Assembly: GCA_963836705.1 (NCBI GenBank)
Contig: CAWIKU010000011.1
Span: 6,790 to 70,789 of the forward strand
DNA: 64,000 nucleotides
Direction: 5' to 3'
Source: an uncultured Actinomycetes bacterium
GTDB taxonomy: Bacteria; Actinomycetota; Thermoleophilia; Gaiellales; Gaiellaceae
The notes beneath the pieces were generated by a model. That model saw only the letters and a list, made by a program, of their open reading frames with translations, searched no databases and was not told the DNA's origin. Shown here one piece after another: positions 36,675-46,141 of this stretch. The stretch's first letter is position 1, and every line of letters starts with the position of its first letter. The position numbers were made by a program, and so were the translations under genes.

Positions 36675-37594
36675 TCTCCCCCGACGATGTCCGCGCCGCC
36701 GCGCGTCTGCTCGAGGGCATCGCGCACCGCACGCCGCCCATCACGTCTCGGACCCTCGGCGAGCACATCGTCATCAAGCCCGAGTGCCTGCAGCGGGCCG
36801 GCGCCTTCAAGTTTCGCGGCGCGTACAACAAGATCGCGTCGCTCCCGGCCGGCACACCGGTGCTCGCGTACTCCTCCGGCAACCACGCACAGGCGGTCGC
36901 ACTCGCCGCGCGGCTCCTGGGCTCGCAGGCGACCATCCTGATGCCGCACGACGCACCCCAGTCGAAGCTGGACGCGACGCGCGGCTACGGAGCCGAGATC
37001 GTCAGCTATGACCGCTACCGCGACGACCGCGAAGCGGTCGGCGAGCAGCTGGCGGCCGAGCGCGGCCTCGAGCTCGTCCGGCCGTACGACGATGAGCTGG
37101 TGATGGCCGGCGCCGGCACCGCAGCGCTCGAGCTGCTCGAGGACGCAGGCATCGTCGACACCCTCGTGACGCCGGTCGGCGGCGGCGGCCTGATCTCCGG
37201 CAGCGCGACGATCGCCCGCGAGCTCGGGGTGTCGCGCGTCGTCGGCGTCGAGCCGGCCGCCGGGGACGACTGGCGTCAGTCGCTTGCGAGCGGCCAGCGC
37301 GTACGGATCGACGTGCCGCGAACGATCGCCGACGGCCTCCAGACGAACCAGCCAGGCCGACTGACGTGGGAGGTCGGTTCGCGTCTCGTCGACGAGATCG
37401 TCACCGTCACCGACGAGCAGATCGTCGAGGCGATGCGGTTTGCCTTCGAGCGGCTGAAGCTGGTGATCGAGCCGAGCGGGGCGGTCGGGATCGCGGCCGT
37501 TCGCGAAGGGCTCGTCTCAGGCGGGCGGATCGGCGTGATCGTCTCCGGTGGCAACGTCGACACCACCCGATTTGCCGAGCTGCTCGCGCGCTGA
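36671..37594 (+). CDS. PLP-dependent threonine/serine dehydratase (fold type II, no ACT domain)
   Basis: KPECLQRAGAFKFRGAYNK (PLP Lys), SSGNHAQAVA, and GGGGLISG. The GTG at 36671 overlaps the FAH stop (GTGA). Confidence 0.85.
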   Translation: MISPDDVRAAARLLEGIAHRTPPITSRTLGEHIVIKPECLQRAGAFKFRGAYNKIASLPAGTPVLAYSSGNHAQAVALAARLLGSQATILMPHDAPQSKLDATRGYGAEIVSYDRYRDDREAVGEQLAAERGLELVRPYDDELVMAGAGTAALELLEDAGIVDTLVTPVGGGGLISGSATIARELGVSRVVGVEPAAGDDWRQSLASGQRVRIDVPRTIADGLQTNQPGRLTWEVGSRLVDEIVTVTDEQIVEAMRFAFERLKLVIEPSGAVGIAAVREGLVSGGRIGVIVSGGNVDTTRFAELLAR

Positions 37595-37894
37595 ACGCAC
37601 CTGTGCCGCGACCCGCGCTCGCTCGTACGAGAGCCTGAACAGCTCGATCGTCTCCTCGTCGAGGTCGCGCGAGACCCAGCCGTTGACGCCGAACCGGTGT
37701 GGCTCGGCGCGCTCCGTCTCGACCAGCATCTCCCTGATCCGGCGTGTGAACGGCAGGTCCGCCCACGTCGCGTGCAGGTGGCCGAGCTCGCGGCGCCCGA
37801 AGCGAAACTCGACACCGCCGAAGCGATGTGCGTGCACGGTGACGCCGTCCCACGACGCCACCTCCTCGGTGATCCGCGCGCCGATATCCTCCAT
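37517..37894 (-). CDS. luciferase-domain (DUF5519-like) small protein
   Basis: ITEEVASWDGVTVHAHRFGGVEFRFGRRELGHLH...ADLPF matches the family pattern. The 3' end overlaps the convergent dehydratase gene by 78 nt. Confidence 0.6.
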   Translation of the reverse strand: MEDIGARITEEVASWDGVTVHAHRFGGVEFRFGRRELGHLHATWADLPFTRRIREMLVETERAEPHRFGVNGWVSRDLDEETIELFRLSYERARVAAQVRSAREQLGKSGGVDVATGDDHADPPA

Positions 37895-37896
37895 TC

Positions 37897-39105
37897 GTGC
37901 CGTTCTACCAGCGACTCGGTGACCTGCCCAGGAAGCGGCACGTCGTTCATCGCGACAACGGCACGCTGCTCACCGAAGAGGTGATGGGCTTCGAGGGCTT
38001 CTCTGGGCTCGAGTCGATCCTCTACCACCTCCAGTCACCGTGCCGGGTGATCGAATGTGGGGCGTTCGAGCCGATCGTTCGCGAGGAGTGGGTGCCCGAG
38101 GCGCACGCCCACCGACACTTGCACACGTGGGACGTCGAGCCCGACGGAGACGCCGTCACCGGTCGGCAACTCCTGATGTGGAACAACGACGTCGAGATCT
38201 CGCTGGCCCGCCCCACCGAAGAGATGGACTACTTCTTCCGGAACGGCGAAGGCGACGAGGTGATCTTCGTCCACGAGGGCTCGGGCACGCTCGAGACGAT
38301 CTTCGGCAACCTGCCGTATTCGCCGGGCGACTACGTCGTCGTCCCGCGCGGAACGACGTATCGCTTCAGTCCGGAGGGCGAGCAGCGCTACCTCGTCTTC
38401 GAGACACCCGGCCTGATCACGATCCCCAAGCGCTATCGCAACGAGCACGGCCAGCTGATGGAGCACGCGCCGTTCTATCACCGTGACATCCACGCCCCGA
38501 CGCAGCTGCAGACCCACCGCGACCGCGGCCGGTACGTCGTCAAGGTGCGCGTCCGCGACGGGTACCAGACGTACGTGATCGACTACCACCCGTTCGACGT
38601 GATCGGCTGGGACGGCTACGTCTACCCGTGGACGTTCTCGATTCACGACTTCGAGCCGATCACCGGTCGCATCCACATGCCGCCGCCGTCCCACCAGACA
38701 TTCGCCGGGCCGAATTTCGTGATCTGCTCGTTCTGTCCGCGCAAGCTCGACTTCGACCCGAACGCGATCCCGATCCCCTACCACCACTCGAATCTCCAGA
38801 GCGAGGAGATGATCTATTACGTCGACGGGAACTTCTCGTCGCGGAAGGGGATCGAGGTCGGCTCCATCACGCTGCATCCTTCGGGGTTGCCGCACGGGCC
38901 GCAGCCGGGACTGGCCGAGAAGTCGCTGGGCATGACCGAGACGCACGAGTACGCGGTCATGTGCGACACGTTCAACCCGTTGAAGCTGACGACGCTCGCT
39001 GCGGCGCTCGACGACGGCAAGTACATGTTCTCGTGGGCCGAAGACCCGTCGACGGACGCGCGTACGACGGACGACGATCCCGCCGGCGTCACGTCCCACC
39101 TGTAG
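37897..39105 (+). CDS. hmgA: homogentisate 1,2-dioxygenase
   Basis: N-terminus MPFYQRLGDLPRKRH. Cupin core. C-terminal YHHSNLQSEEMIYYV...HPSGLPHGPQPG. GTG start. Confidence 0.85.
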   Translation: MPFYQRLGDLPRKRHVVHRDNGTLLTEEVMGFEGFSGLESILYHLQSPCRVIECGAFEPIVREEWVPEAHAHRHLHTWDVEPDGDAVTGRQLLMWNNDVEISLARPTEEMDYFFRNGEGDEVIFVHEGSGTLETIFGNLPYSPGDYVVVPRGTTYRFSPEGEQRYLVFETPGLITIPKRYRNEHGQLMEHAPFYHRDIHAPTQLQTHRDRGRYVVKVRVRDGYQTYVIDYHPFDVIGWDGYVYPWTFSIHDFEPITGRIHMPPPSHQTFAGPNFVICSFCPRKLDFDPNAIPIPYHHSNLQSEEMIYYVDGNFSSRKGIEVGSITLHPSGLPHGPQPGLAEKSLGMTETHEYAVMCDTFNPLKLTTLAAALDDGKYMFSWAEDPSTDARTTDDDPAGVTSHL

Positions 39106-39108
39106 CGC

Positions 39109-39684
39109 TTGCTCATCCTCGACTGGGACGGCACCTGCACGGTGCGCGATTCGCTCGTCGCCGCGGTGCACGATCTGGGCGATGCCGGGATCTACGAGCT
39201 GGAGTACGCGTCGTACGGCGAGGCGCTCGCCGCCGAGGTCGGGACGCTTCGGGTCACGGCGGAGGAAGCAGCAGAGTGGGCGGTCGCCAACGTCGAGCTG
39301 CGGCAGGGCTTCCACGAGCTCGTCGACCAACACGCCCCGGTGATCGTGTCGAGTGGGTTGCCGCAGCTGATCCTGCCGGTGCTCGAGCGGGAGCGCCTCG
39401 ACGTCGAGGTGCGATCGAACTTCGCCGAGCCATCACGGGATGGTTGGCGGCTCCGCTTCAGGCACGAGGGCCTATGTCCAGTGTGCGGCGACCGCTGCAA
39501 GCGGCGGTCGCTCCCCGACCGGCGGCCGCTCGTCTTCGTCGGGGACGGCTACTCGGACCGGTGCGCGTCGCTGGCGTGCGACCGCGTGTTCGCGCGCGAC
39601 AGCCTGGCGCGCTACCTCGACGACCAGGCCGTTGCCTACGAGCCCTTCGACTCGTTGCTCGATGTCGCTGCTGCCCTTCCCTGA
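39109..39684 (+). CDS. HAD-IB phosphatase, MtnX-like
   Basis: HAD motif I LDWDGTCT, motif IV GDGYSD, and Cys cluster CPVCGDRCK. TTG start. Confidence 0.65.
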   Translation: MLILDWDGTCTVRDSLVAAVHDLGDAGIYELEYASYGEALAAEVGTLRVTAEEAAEWAVANVELRQGFHELVDQHAPVIVSSGLPQLILPVLERERLDVEVRSNFAEPSRDGWRLRFRHEGLCPVCGDRCKRRSLPDRRPLVFVGDGYSDRCASLACDRVFARDSLARYLDDQAVAYEPFDSLLDVAAALP

Positions 39685-40468
39685 GCCGTACGACTTCGAG
39701 CTCTCGACCGGCCGTTTCCGGGTCTTCGGCACGGACCTCGCCAACCGGGTGGTCGGCGACGAGCTCTACCGCGCAGTGGATGGACGCGAGGTGCGGATCA
39801 CGGCGCGACCGGGCGGTGTCGACGTCGAGCCGCTCGACGACGCGACCCGACCGGTCGTCGAACACCTGCTCGGCCGGCCGTTCGAGCTCGACCCGTTCTA
39901 CGACTGGGCCGCCCGCGACCCGGCGCTCGGTCCGATCGTCGCAAGGCTACGCGGCTACCGGCCGCCGCTCGCGCCGTCGCCGTTCGAGTCGCTGATCACC
40001 TCGATCACCGCCCAGCAGATCTCGCTCTTCGCGGCGGTCGCGATCAGGAACCGGTTCGTCGAGCGCTTCGGCGGTCCCGTGGGACGAGCCTGGGCGTTCC
40101 CGACGCGAGAGCGGATCGCCGCTGCTCGTGAGGACGAACTGGTGGGCGTCGGCTTCACACGGCGCAAGGCGGAGTACGCCGTGGCGCTCGCGCGCTGCGA
40201 CCTCGACCTCGACGGGCTCGCTGCGCTCGACGACGACAGCGTGCGGACGCAGATCACGGCGCAGCGCGGGCTCGGGCCGTGGACCGCGGAATGGTTCCTG
40301 GCCCGCCATCTCGCCCGACCGCGGGCGTGGCCGACCGGCGACCTCGCGCTGCGCAAGGCGGCACTCAACCTCTACGGTGTCGATGTGCACGAGCTCGGCC
40401 CACGCCTCGACCCGTTCCAGAACCTGTCCGCCCACTACCTTCTCACCGGTTGGCTGACCCGGCCGTAA
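39662..40468 (+). CDS. DNA-3-methyladenine glycosylase II-like (HhH-GPD superfamily)
   Basis: PFESLITSITAQQISLFAAVAIRNRF, HhH GLGPWTAEWFLAR, and catalytic-Asp context WPTGDLALRKA. The start is re-called to the ATG at 39662. Confidence 0.78.
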   Translation: MSLLPFPEPYDFELSTGRFRVFGTDLANRVVGDELYRAVDGREVRITARPGGVDVEPLDDATRPVVEHLLGRPFELDPFYDWAARDPALGPIVARLRGYRPPLAPSPFESLITSITAQQISLFAAVAIRNRFVERFGGPVGRAWAFPTRERIAAAREDELVGVGFTRRKAEYAVALARCDLDLDGLAALDDDSVRTQITAQRGLGPWTAEWFLARHLARPRAWPTGDLALRKAALNLYGVDVHELGPRLDPFQNLSAHYLLTGWLTRP

Positions 40469-41406
40469 CCGTCCGCCCGGCGACGGAGGGGGACGAGGCG
40501 ATCCTGCGGGAGCTCTGGGGCGAGTTCGAGCAGGAGGTGCCCGGGCCGCCGGGGTTCGAGCCGGAGACGTGGGCGGAGGAGTGGGGCGACACGATCCGGC
40601 AGATCGCGTCGGGCGGCGTGTTCCTCGCGGTCGACGCGGACGGCCCGGTCGGGGTCGTCAAGATGGATGGGCCGAAGCACGGCGCAATGCACGTCCGCCT
40701 CGTCTACGTGCGGCCGCGTGCGCGCAGGCAAGGCGTGAGCAAGCAGCTGCTGCGCGCGTGCGTCGAAAAGGCGCGCGCGTCGGGCGCCGCGATGATCTCG
40801 TTGCACGTCGAGCTCGTCAACACCGCGGCCTACGCCGTCTGGCGCCGGCTCGGCTTCGAGAGCCTCTCGACCTTCATGGCCGCGCCGCTCGACGTGCTCG
40901 ACGATCGGCTCGTCGAGCGCGAGCCGGGTGAGTTTCGTGCGTCGACGCACGTGCAGAGCGACGACGAGACCTCGGTCGAACGTGCCGTTGCGCAGTTCCT
41001 CCCGCGGCTCGAGCAGCCGCAGCTGACGACGAACGGCAGCTGGATCCGGGCGACCGATCCCGTGCTCGACCGCGACCGCGAGGCGCACGGGCGCTTCGCG
41101 CGCGAGCTGTCCGAGCGGCTCGGCGCCGTCACCGTGGCACTCGCCCTGGAGGGCGAGGTGGTGCGGTTCCGGCTCTACGAGCGTGGCCGTATGGTCGATG
41201 AGTACCTCTCGGTACCGGCGTTCTACGGCGAGCTGCCCAAGGGAGACGAGCTCGCGCTGACCGCCAACCCGACGCTCGTCGCCCGGCTCACGGGGGCCGA
41301 CCGCGAGGACGTTCGCCGCGTGGCGCGCACCGCGGTATCGCCTGCCGATCTCCCGCCTGCGAGCGAGCTCTATGGCCAGCTGGCGCGTCTGATGGGGCTC
41401 GAGTGA
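40450..41406 (+). CDS. GNAT acetyltransferase fused to a C-terminal domain of unknown function
   Basis: The GNAT core YVRPRARRQGVSKQLLRACVEKARASGA...AAYAVWRRLGF occupies the first ~150 aa and is followed by ~170 aa of unknown domain. The TTG at 40450 is the only in-frame start near the upstream stop, so the start is uncertain. Confidence 0.65.
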   Translation: MADPAVTVRPATEGDEAILRELWGEFEQEVPGPPGFEPETWAEEWGDTIRQIASGGVFLAVDADGPVGVVKMDGPKHGAMHVRLVYVRPRARRQGVSKQLLRACVEKARASGAAMISLHVELVNTAAYAVWRRLGFESLSTFMAAPLDVLDDRLVEREPGEFRASTHVQSDDETSVERAVAQFLPRLEQPQLTTNGSWIRATDPVLDRDREAHGRFARELSERLGAVTVALALEGEVVRFRLYERGRMVDEYLSVPAFYGELPKGDELALTANPTLVARLTGADREDVRRVARTAVSPADLPPASELYGQLARLMGLE

Positions 41407-41930
41407 GACTGATCGACGCGCCGCGCTGCCCGTACTGCTCGCGGGTGCGGATCGCGCTTGCCGAGAAGCAGCTCACGTATGAGACGGTCGAGATCGACCT
41501 CAGCGACCGCCCAGCATGGGTGTACGAGCTCAATCCCGTCGGTCGCGTACCGATCCTGGACGACGAATGCGTGCTCCCCGAGTCCGAGGTGATCATGGAG
41601 TACCTCGAGGATCGCTACCCGGAGGTACCGCTGCTTGTTGGAGACGCGGTGGCGCGGGCGCGCGCACGGCTGCTCGTGCACAGGTTCGACACGAACCTCG
41701 GCGATGATTACTACGCCTTTCGTCGCGGCGACTCGAACGAGCTCGAGGCGAAGCTCATCGCCCTCGACGTGGGCGAGAGCCTGTACGCCGCCATCGCATA
41801 CGCGCCGTGGGTGATCCGGGCGCGCGACATGCTGGGTGTCGAGCTGCCGCAGCGGCTCGCCCGCTGGCTCGACGAGCTCGCACGGCGTCCGTCGATCGCC
41901 GCGGAGATCGAAACCGTCCGCTCCCTGTGA
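41403..41930 (+). CDS. Cys-type glutathione S-transferase-like protein (thioredoxin-fold N-domain, CPYC)
   Basis: CPYCSRVRIALAEK, NPVGRVPIL, and ESEVIMEYLEDRYP. The GTG start overlaps the upstream stop (GTGA). Confidence 0.72.
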   Translation: MRLIDAPRCPYCSRVRIALAEKQLTYETVEIDLSDRPAWVYELNPVGRVPILDDECVLPESEVIMEYLEDRYPEVPLLVGDAVARARARLLVHRFDTNLGDDYYAFRRGDSNELEAKLIALDVGESLYAAIAYAPWVIRARDMLGVELPQRLARWLDELARRPSIAAEIETVRSL

Positions 41931-42295
41931 GCGACATCCAGGTGAGCGACATCGAGCTGGAGGAGCTCGCCGCGCGCCTCGGCAGCGTGTCGGTCGTCGA
42001 CGTGCGAACGCAGCACGAGTACGACGGCAGCTTCGGCCAGCCGTGCGATCCGCGGCAGGGCCACATCCCCGGCGCGCTCCATCTCGAGGTCGGCCGGCTG
42101 ATGCAGCTCGAGCCGGCGCAGATCGAGAAGGAGCTGTCGGTCGACCCGGGCGTGGAGATCGTCGCCTACTGCCACAGCGGCTCGCGCTCGGCGGTTGCGA
42201 CCCAGATCCTGCGGTCGCTCGGCTACGACGCCCGCAACTACGTCGGGTCGTGGCACGAATGGTCGCGCCACGACGAGTTGCCGCTCGAAACCTGA
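41927..42295 (+). CDS. rhodanese-domain sulfurtransferase
   Basis: VDVRTQHEY, GHIPGALH, and active-site loop YCHSGSRS. The GTG start overlaps the GST stop (GTGA). Confidence 0.82.
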   Translation: MSDIQVSDIELEELAARLGSVSVVDVRTQHEYDGSFGQPCDPRQGHIPGALHLEVGRLMQLEPAQIEKELSVDPGVEIVAYCHSGSRSAVATQILRSLGYDARNYVGSWHEWSRHDELPLET

Positions 42296-42310
42296 CCGAC
42301 CTGCCCGGTC

Positions 42311-43000
42311 TTACTCGGTCGGGCCTGCGGCGGCGAGAAACGCACGGCACAGCCGGCGGCCGTGCTCCTGCCACTCGGCCAGCCCGGCGTCGAGCTCTTG
42401 CACGAGCTCCGGCAGCGGTCTCGGGAGATCGGGCTCGTCCTCGGAGAACCACCCGAGCACCTGGTCGCGCCGCACCTCCGGGTGGAACTGCACGCCCCAG
42501 GCGCATGCACCGGCGCGGTAGGCCTGCACGACCGGTCCCCGGGCCAGCTCGACCGTTCCCGGCGGCAACGTGAACCCGTACGCGTTCGCGTTCAGCGCCG
42601 CGAACGCCGACGGTAGGCACCCGAGTACCGGGTCCGCGGCACCCGCAGCGGTCAACGTCGTCTCGTAGAAGCCAGCCAGCCGGCCGTCGGCGAGCGCGGC
42701 CACGTCGGCCCCGAGCACGTGGCCGAGCGTCTGCGCACCCAGGCAGATGCCGAGCAGCGGCGTTCCGTTGTCGAGCCAGCGACGGAGCGCCGCGTACTCG
42801 TCGTTCAGCCACGGGTAGCGAACTTCTTCGCCCACGTTCTGGTCGCCGCCGAGGACGAGCACGGCGCCGTACCCGTCGTGCGGAGGGCTGCCCTGCGTGG
42901 CGATCTCCCACTCGATCAGCTCGTGCCCTGCGTCGAGGATCACGGCGCCGAACGACTCGGGACCGACGAGCGGCCCGTGGGTGACGGCGAGCACGCGCAT
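42311..43000 (-). CDS. class I glutamine amidotransferase-like protein
   Basis: Nucleophile elbow LLGICLGAQ and His in GVQFHPE. The start is re-called to the ATG at 43000 (MRVLAVTHG). Confidence 0.8.
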   Translation of the reverse strand: MRVLAVTHGPLVGPESFGAVILDAGHELIEWEIATQGSPPHDGYGAVLVLGGDQNVGEEVRYPWLNDEYAALRRWLDNGTPLLGICLGAQTLGHVLGADVAALADGRLAGFYETTLTAAGAADPVLGCLPSAFAALNANAYGFTLPPGTVELARGPVVQAYRAGACAWGVQFHPEVRRDQVLGWFSEDEPDLPRPLPELVQELDAGLAEWQEHGRRLCRAFLAAAGPTE

Positions 43001-43911
43001 CAGGCCGAGGGTACGTGCTCCTCGTCGAGCAGCCGCCGCAGCAGCTGAGCGCCGGCCGGAGCTTGCGCGACACCGTTCGTCTGGTTGTTGTTGTTGAAGA
43101 ACGCATACGCCTCTTCGGCCTGGTTCGACAACTCCCGGAGCGGCGAGACCCATTCGCGAAGCTCGTCCTCGCCGTAGAGGTAGTCGAAGCGCGTCGCGGC
43201 CGAGCCACCGCGCGCGTTCCACGTGCCGGTGTTCCGGCCGTGAAAGCGCACGTAGGCAAGCGGTGAGGTCGCTGCTACCAGCGTCGCCGGCACGTTGCCC
43301 GCGTCGACCTTCGGTGCGTCGACGACGACCCAGGACATCCGGCGCTCCTCGAGCCAGCGCAGGAGCTCGGCACGGATCTCCTCCGCGTACCAGGACCGGT
43401 GCCGCGGCTCGAAGAGGAAGCGGTCGTCGCCCACCTGGTCGCGAGCCCATTCGAGGTAGTCGAGCGACGAGGGCTTCCAGACCACGTACGGAGGCATCTG
43501 GAAGAGGAGGCCTCCGAGCTTCCCCGCCTCGCGCAGCGGCGTCAGCGCCTCGAGGAACTCACGAAAGACCGCGCCCCGCGCTTCGCGGTCGGGCCGGTCG
43601 ACCCGCCCGCGATCGTCGACGGGCAACCCTTCGCGCAGGTCGGGCGGCACCTGCTCGAGCTTCACCGGATGCCGCGTCATCAACCCGAACGCCTTGACGT
43701 GCATCACGAAATCGTCCGGTGTGCGGTCGGCCCAGCCTTGCACCATCTGGCGGGTGGGCACGCGGTAGTAGGTCGAGTCGACCTCGACCGTCGAGAAGCG
43801 CTCGGCGTAGTACGCCAGTCGTTCGCGCGGCGGCGTGCCCGGCGGGTACCAGTGGGTGGCGAGCGCGTCGTCCGCCCACGAGCAGGTCCCGATCCTGACC
43901 GTTGCCGACAT
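43000..43911 (-). CDS. DUF72 family protein
   Basis: RIGTCSWADD...YYAERFSTVEVDSTYYRVP...GLLFQMPP...AYAFFNNN. The start is re-called to the ATG at 43911. TGATG 1-nt overlap with the next gene. Confidence 0.8.
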   Translation of the reverse strand: MSATVRIGTCSWADDALATHWYPPGTPPRERLAYYAERFSTVEVDSTYYRVPTRQMVQGWADRTPDDFVMHVKAFGLMTRHPVKLEQVPPDLREGLPVDDRGRVDRPDREARGAVFREFLEALTPLREAGKLGGLLFQMPPYVVWKPSSLDYLEWARDQVGDDRFLFEPRHRSWYAEEIRAELLRWLEERRMSWVVVDAPKVDAGNVPATLVAATSPLAYVRFHGRNTGTWNARGGSAATRFDYLYGEDELREWVSPLRELSNQAEEAYAFFNNNNQTNGVAQAPAGAQLLRRLLDEEHVPSA

Positions 43912-43977
43912 GGCACGGCCAGGATAGGCACGCGACCCAAGACCGGGGCCAGGTGAACCGGTCTCTAGTATCGGGCC

Positions 43978-44799
43978 ATGGTGGATTCTCGGGCTGTCGG
44001 GGTGTTCGACTCCGGCGTCGGCGGGCTCACGGTGCTGCACGAGTGCCTCGTGACGATGCCGCACGAGGATTTCGTCTATCTCGGCGACCACGCGCGGCTG
44101 CCGTACGGGCCGCGTTCCAGCGGCGAGGTACGACGGTTCGCACACGAGATCGGCGCCTATCTCGAGCGGCAGGGCGTGAAGATGGTCGTCGTCGCGTGCA
44201 ACACCGCCACGTCGGTCGCTCTGCCGGAGCTGCAGGAGCAGCTGAACGTGCCGGTGGTCTCGGTGATCGTTCCGGAGGCCCACGCCGCGGTCCAGGCGAC
44301 CCGGAACCGTCACATCGGGCTGCTCGCCACCGAGCTGACGGTTGCGAGCGGGCGGTACGACTCGCTCGTGCGCACGCTCGACGCCGGCGTCCGCCTCACC
44401 GCCGTCGCCTGTCCGAGGCTCGTCCCACTGATCGAGGCGGGCGATACGTACAGCGACGAGGTCGCGGCCGCCGTTCGCGAGTACGCGGCGCCGCTGAAAT
44501 CGGCAGGCTGTGACACCGTGATCCTCGGCTGCACCCACTATCCCCTGCTTCGCCCGGTCTTCCAGCGGGCGTTTGGACGCGACGTGACGCTCGTCTTCTC
44601 GGCCGACGAAACGGCCCGCGAGGTTGCCGAGACCCTTGCCCGCAAGGGGTTCGAGAACGACTCCGATCGGGTCGGGAGCTACCGGTTCCTGACCACCGGC
44701 GATCCTGCGTTGTTCCGCGAGCTCGGCGAGCGGTTCCTGCAGCTGCCGATCTCCACTGTCGAGCCGGTCGCCGTCGCCGAGCTCGAGGCAGTCGCGTGA
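43978..44799 (+). CDS. murI: glutamate racemase
   Basis: [22 protein letters not shown] and ILGCTHYP, the two catalytic-Cys motifs. Confidence 0.93.
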   Translation: MVDSRAVGVFDSGVGGLTVLHECLVTMPHEDFVYLGDHARLPYGPRSSGEVRRFAHEIGAYLERQGVKMVVVACNTATSVALPELQEQLNVPVVSVIVPEAHAAVQATRNRHIGLLATELTVASGRYDSLVRTLDAGVRLTAVACPRLVPLIEAGDTYSDEVAAAVREYAAPLKSAGCDTVILGCTHYPLLRPVFQRAFGRDVTLVFSADETAREVAETLARKGFENDSDRVGSYRFLTTGDPALFRELGERFLQLPISTVEPVAVAELEAVA

Positions 44800-45509
44800 C
44801 CCGCGGCGACGGGCGCCGCCCCGACCAGCTGCGGCCCATCGACGCCGACCCAGCATTCCTCGAGCAACCCCATGGCGTCGTGCTCTGGTCGCAGGGAAAG
44901 ACGCGAGTGCTCTGCACTGCGTCGGTGCAGGACGGCGTTCCGCGCTGGCTGGCCCGGTCGGGTCGCGGCTGGATGACAGCCGAGTACTCGCTCCTGCCGG
45001 CGTCGACTGGTGAGCGCACCGACCGCGAGGCTGCTCGCGGCAAGCAGGGCGGCCGTACGGTCGAGATTCAGCGGCTGATCGGTCGCGCGCTCCGCGGCGT
45101 CGTCGACTTCCAGGCGCTCGGCGAGCGCACCGTGTATCTCGACTGCGACGTCCTACAGGCCGACGGAGGGACGCGCTGTGCGGCGATCACCGGCGCGTAC
45201 GTGGCGGCGATGCGCGCGCTCGACCGGTTCGGCCTGGCAAAGGCAATGTCAGGGTCGGTGGCCGCGGTCTCGGTCGGCGTCGTCGACGGTCGTTCGTTGC
45301 TCGACCTCGACTACTCGGAGGACTCGAACGCCGACGTGGACGTCAACGTCGTGATGACCGGCGACGGCCGGTTCGTCGAAGTGCAGTCGACCGCGGAGAA
45401 AGTGCCGTTCGAGCGGGAGCGGCTCGACGAGCTGCTCGATCTGGCCGCGGCCGGCATCGAGGATCTGCAGCGCTTCCAGGACCAGGCCATTGCAGCACCC
45501 CGTGACTGA
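44796..45509 (+). CDS. rph: ribonuclease PH
   Basis: [24 protein letters not shown], and [19 protein letters not shown] overlap with murI. Confidence 0.93.
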   Translation: MTRGDGRRPDQLRPIDADPAFLEQPHGVVLWSQGKTRVLCTASVQDGVPRWLARSGRGWMTAEYSLLPASTGERTDREAARGKQGGRTVEIQRLIGRALRGVVDFQALGERTVYLDCDVLQADGGTRCAAITGAYVAAMRALDRFGLAKAMSGSVAAVSVGVVDGRSLLDLDYSEDSNADVDVNVVMTGDGRFVEVQSTAEKVPFERERLDELLDLAAAGIEDLQRFQDQAIAAPRD

Positions 45510-45542
45510 GGCGGCAAGCCTCGCGGGCCGGGTCGGAGGACA

Positions 45543-46118
45543 GTGGCGCCGCTCGAGGTGACGCTCTGCTCGGGCAACGAAGGCAAGCTCGTCGAGGTGC
45601 GGGAGGCGTTGCCGGAGTGGGAGGTCGAGCTCCTCGACGCGCAGGACTACCCGGACGAGGACGGCGCCACGTACGTCGACAACGCCCGCATCAAGGCGCG
45701 CTTCGGTCGACGGACGGGTCCCGCCGACCGCTGGATGCTCGCTGACGATTCCGGGCTCGAACTGGCGGCGCTCGGCGGCCGACCCGGCGTACAGACCGCA
45801 CGCTGGGCCGAGGGTCGCCACGTCGAGCGTGCGCTCACGGCGCTCGACGGCTCCTCCGACCGCGGCTGCCGGTACGTCGCCGAACTGGTGCTGCTGGCGC
45901 CCGACGGGCACGAGCTGCGCGGCACCGGTGTGCTCGAAGGGTCGATCGCCGCCGTGCCTGCCGGTCGCGGCGGCTTCGGCTTCGACCCGGTCTTCGTCCC
46001 GAGCGGCGAGACGCGAACGGTCGCCGAGCTCGGCGACGAGTGGAAGGCCGCGCACTCGCACCGTGCGCTGGCCGCGCAGGCGCTTCTGCTCGAACTGGTG
46101 CGCTACCGCGGCTCGTGA
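45543..46118 (+). CDS. rdgB: non-canonical purine NTP pyrophosphatase (RdgB/HAM1)
   Basis: SGNEGKLVEV, DDSGLELAALGGRPGV and GFGFDPVF. Conserved rph-rdgB synteny. Confidence 0.88.
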   Translation: MAPLEVTLCSGNEGKLVEVREALPEWEVELLDAQDYPDEDGATYVDNARIKARFGRRTGPADRWMLADDSGLELAALGGRPGVQTARWAEGRHVERALTALDGSSDRGCRYVAELVLLAPDGHELRGTGVLEGSIAAVPAGRGGFGFDPVFVPSGETRTVAELGDEWKAAHSHRALAAQALLLELVRYRGS

Positions 46119-46141
46119 CGCTGTGGATCGTTCGTAGCGTC

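Noticed and set aside
41370-43259. 629-aa minus-strand ORF
   Set aside because: It is Arg-rich (RRRARP...) and out of frame or antisense relative to the GST, rhodanese, GATase and DUF72 genes, all of which carry real motifs.
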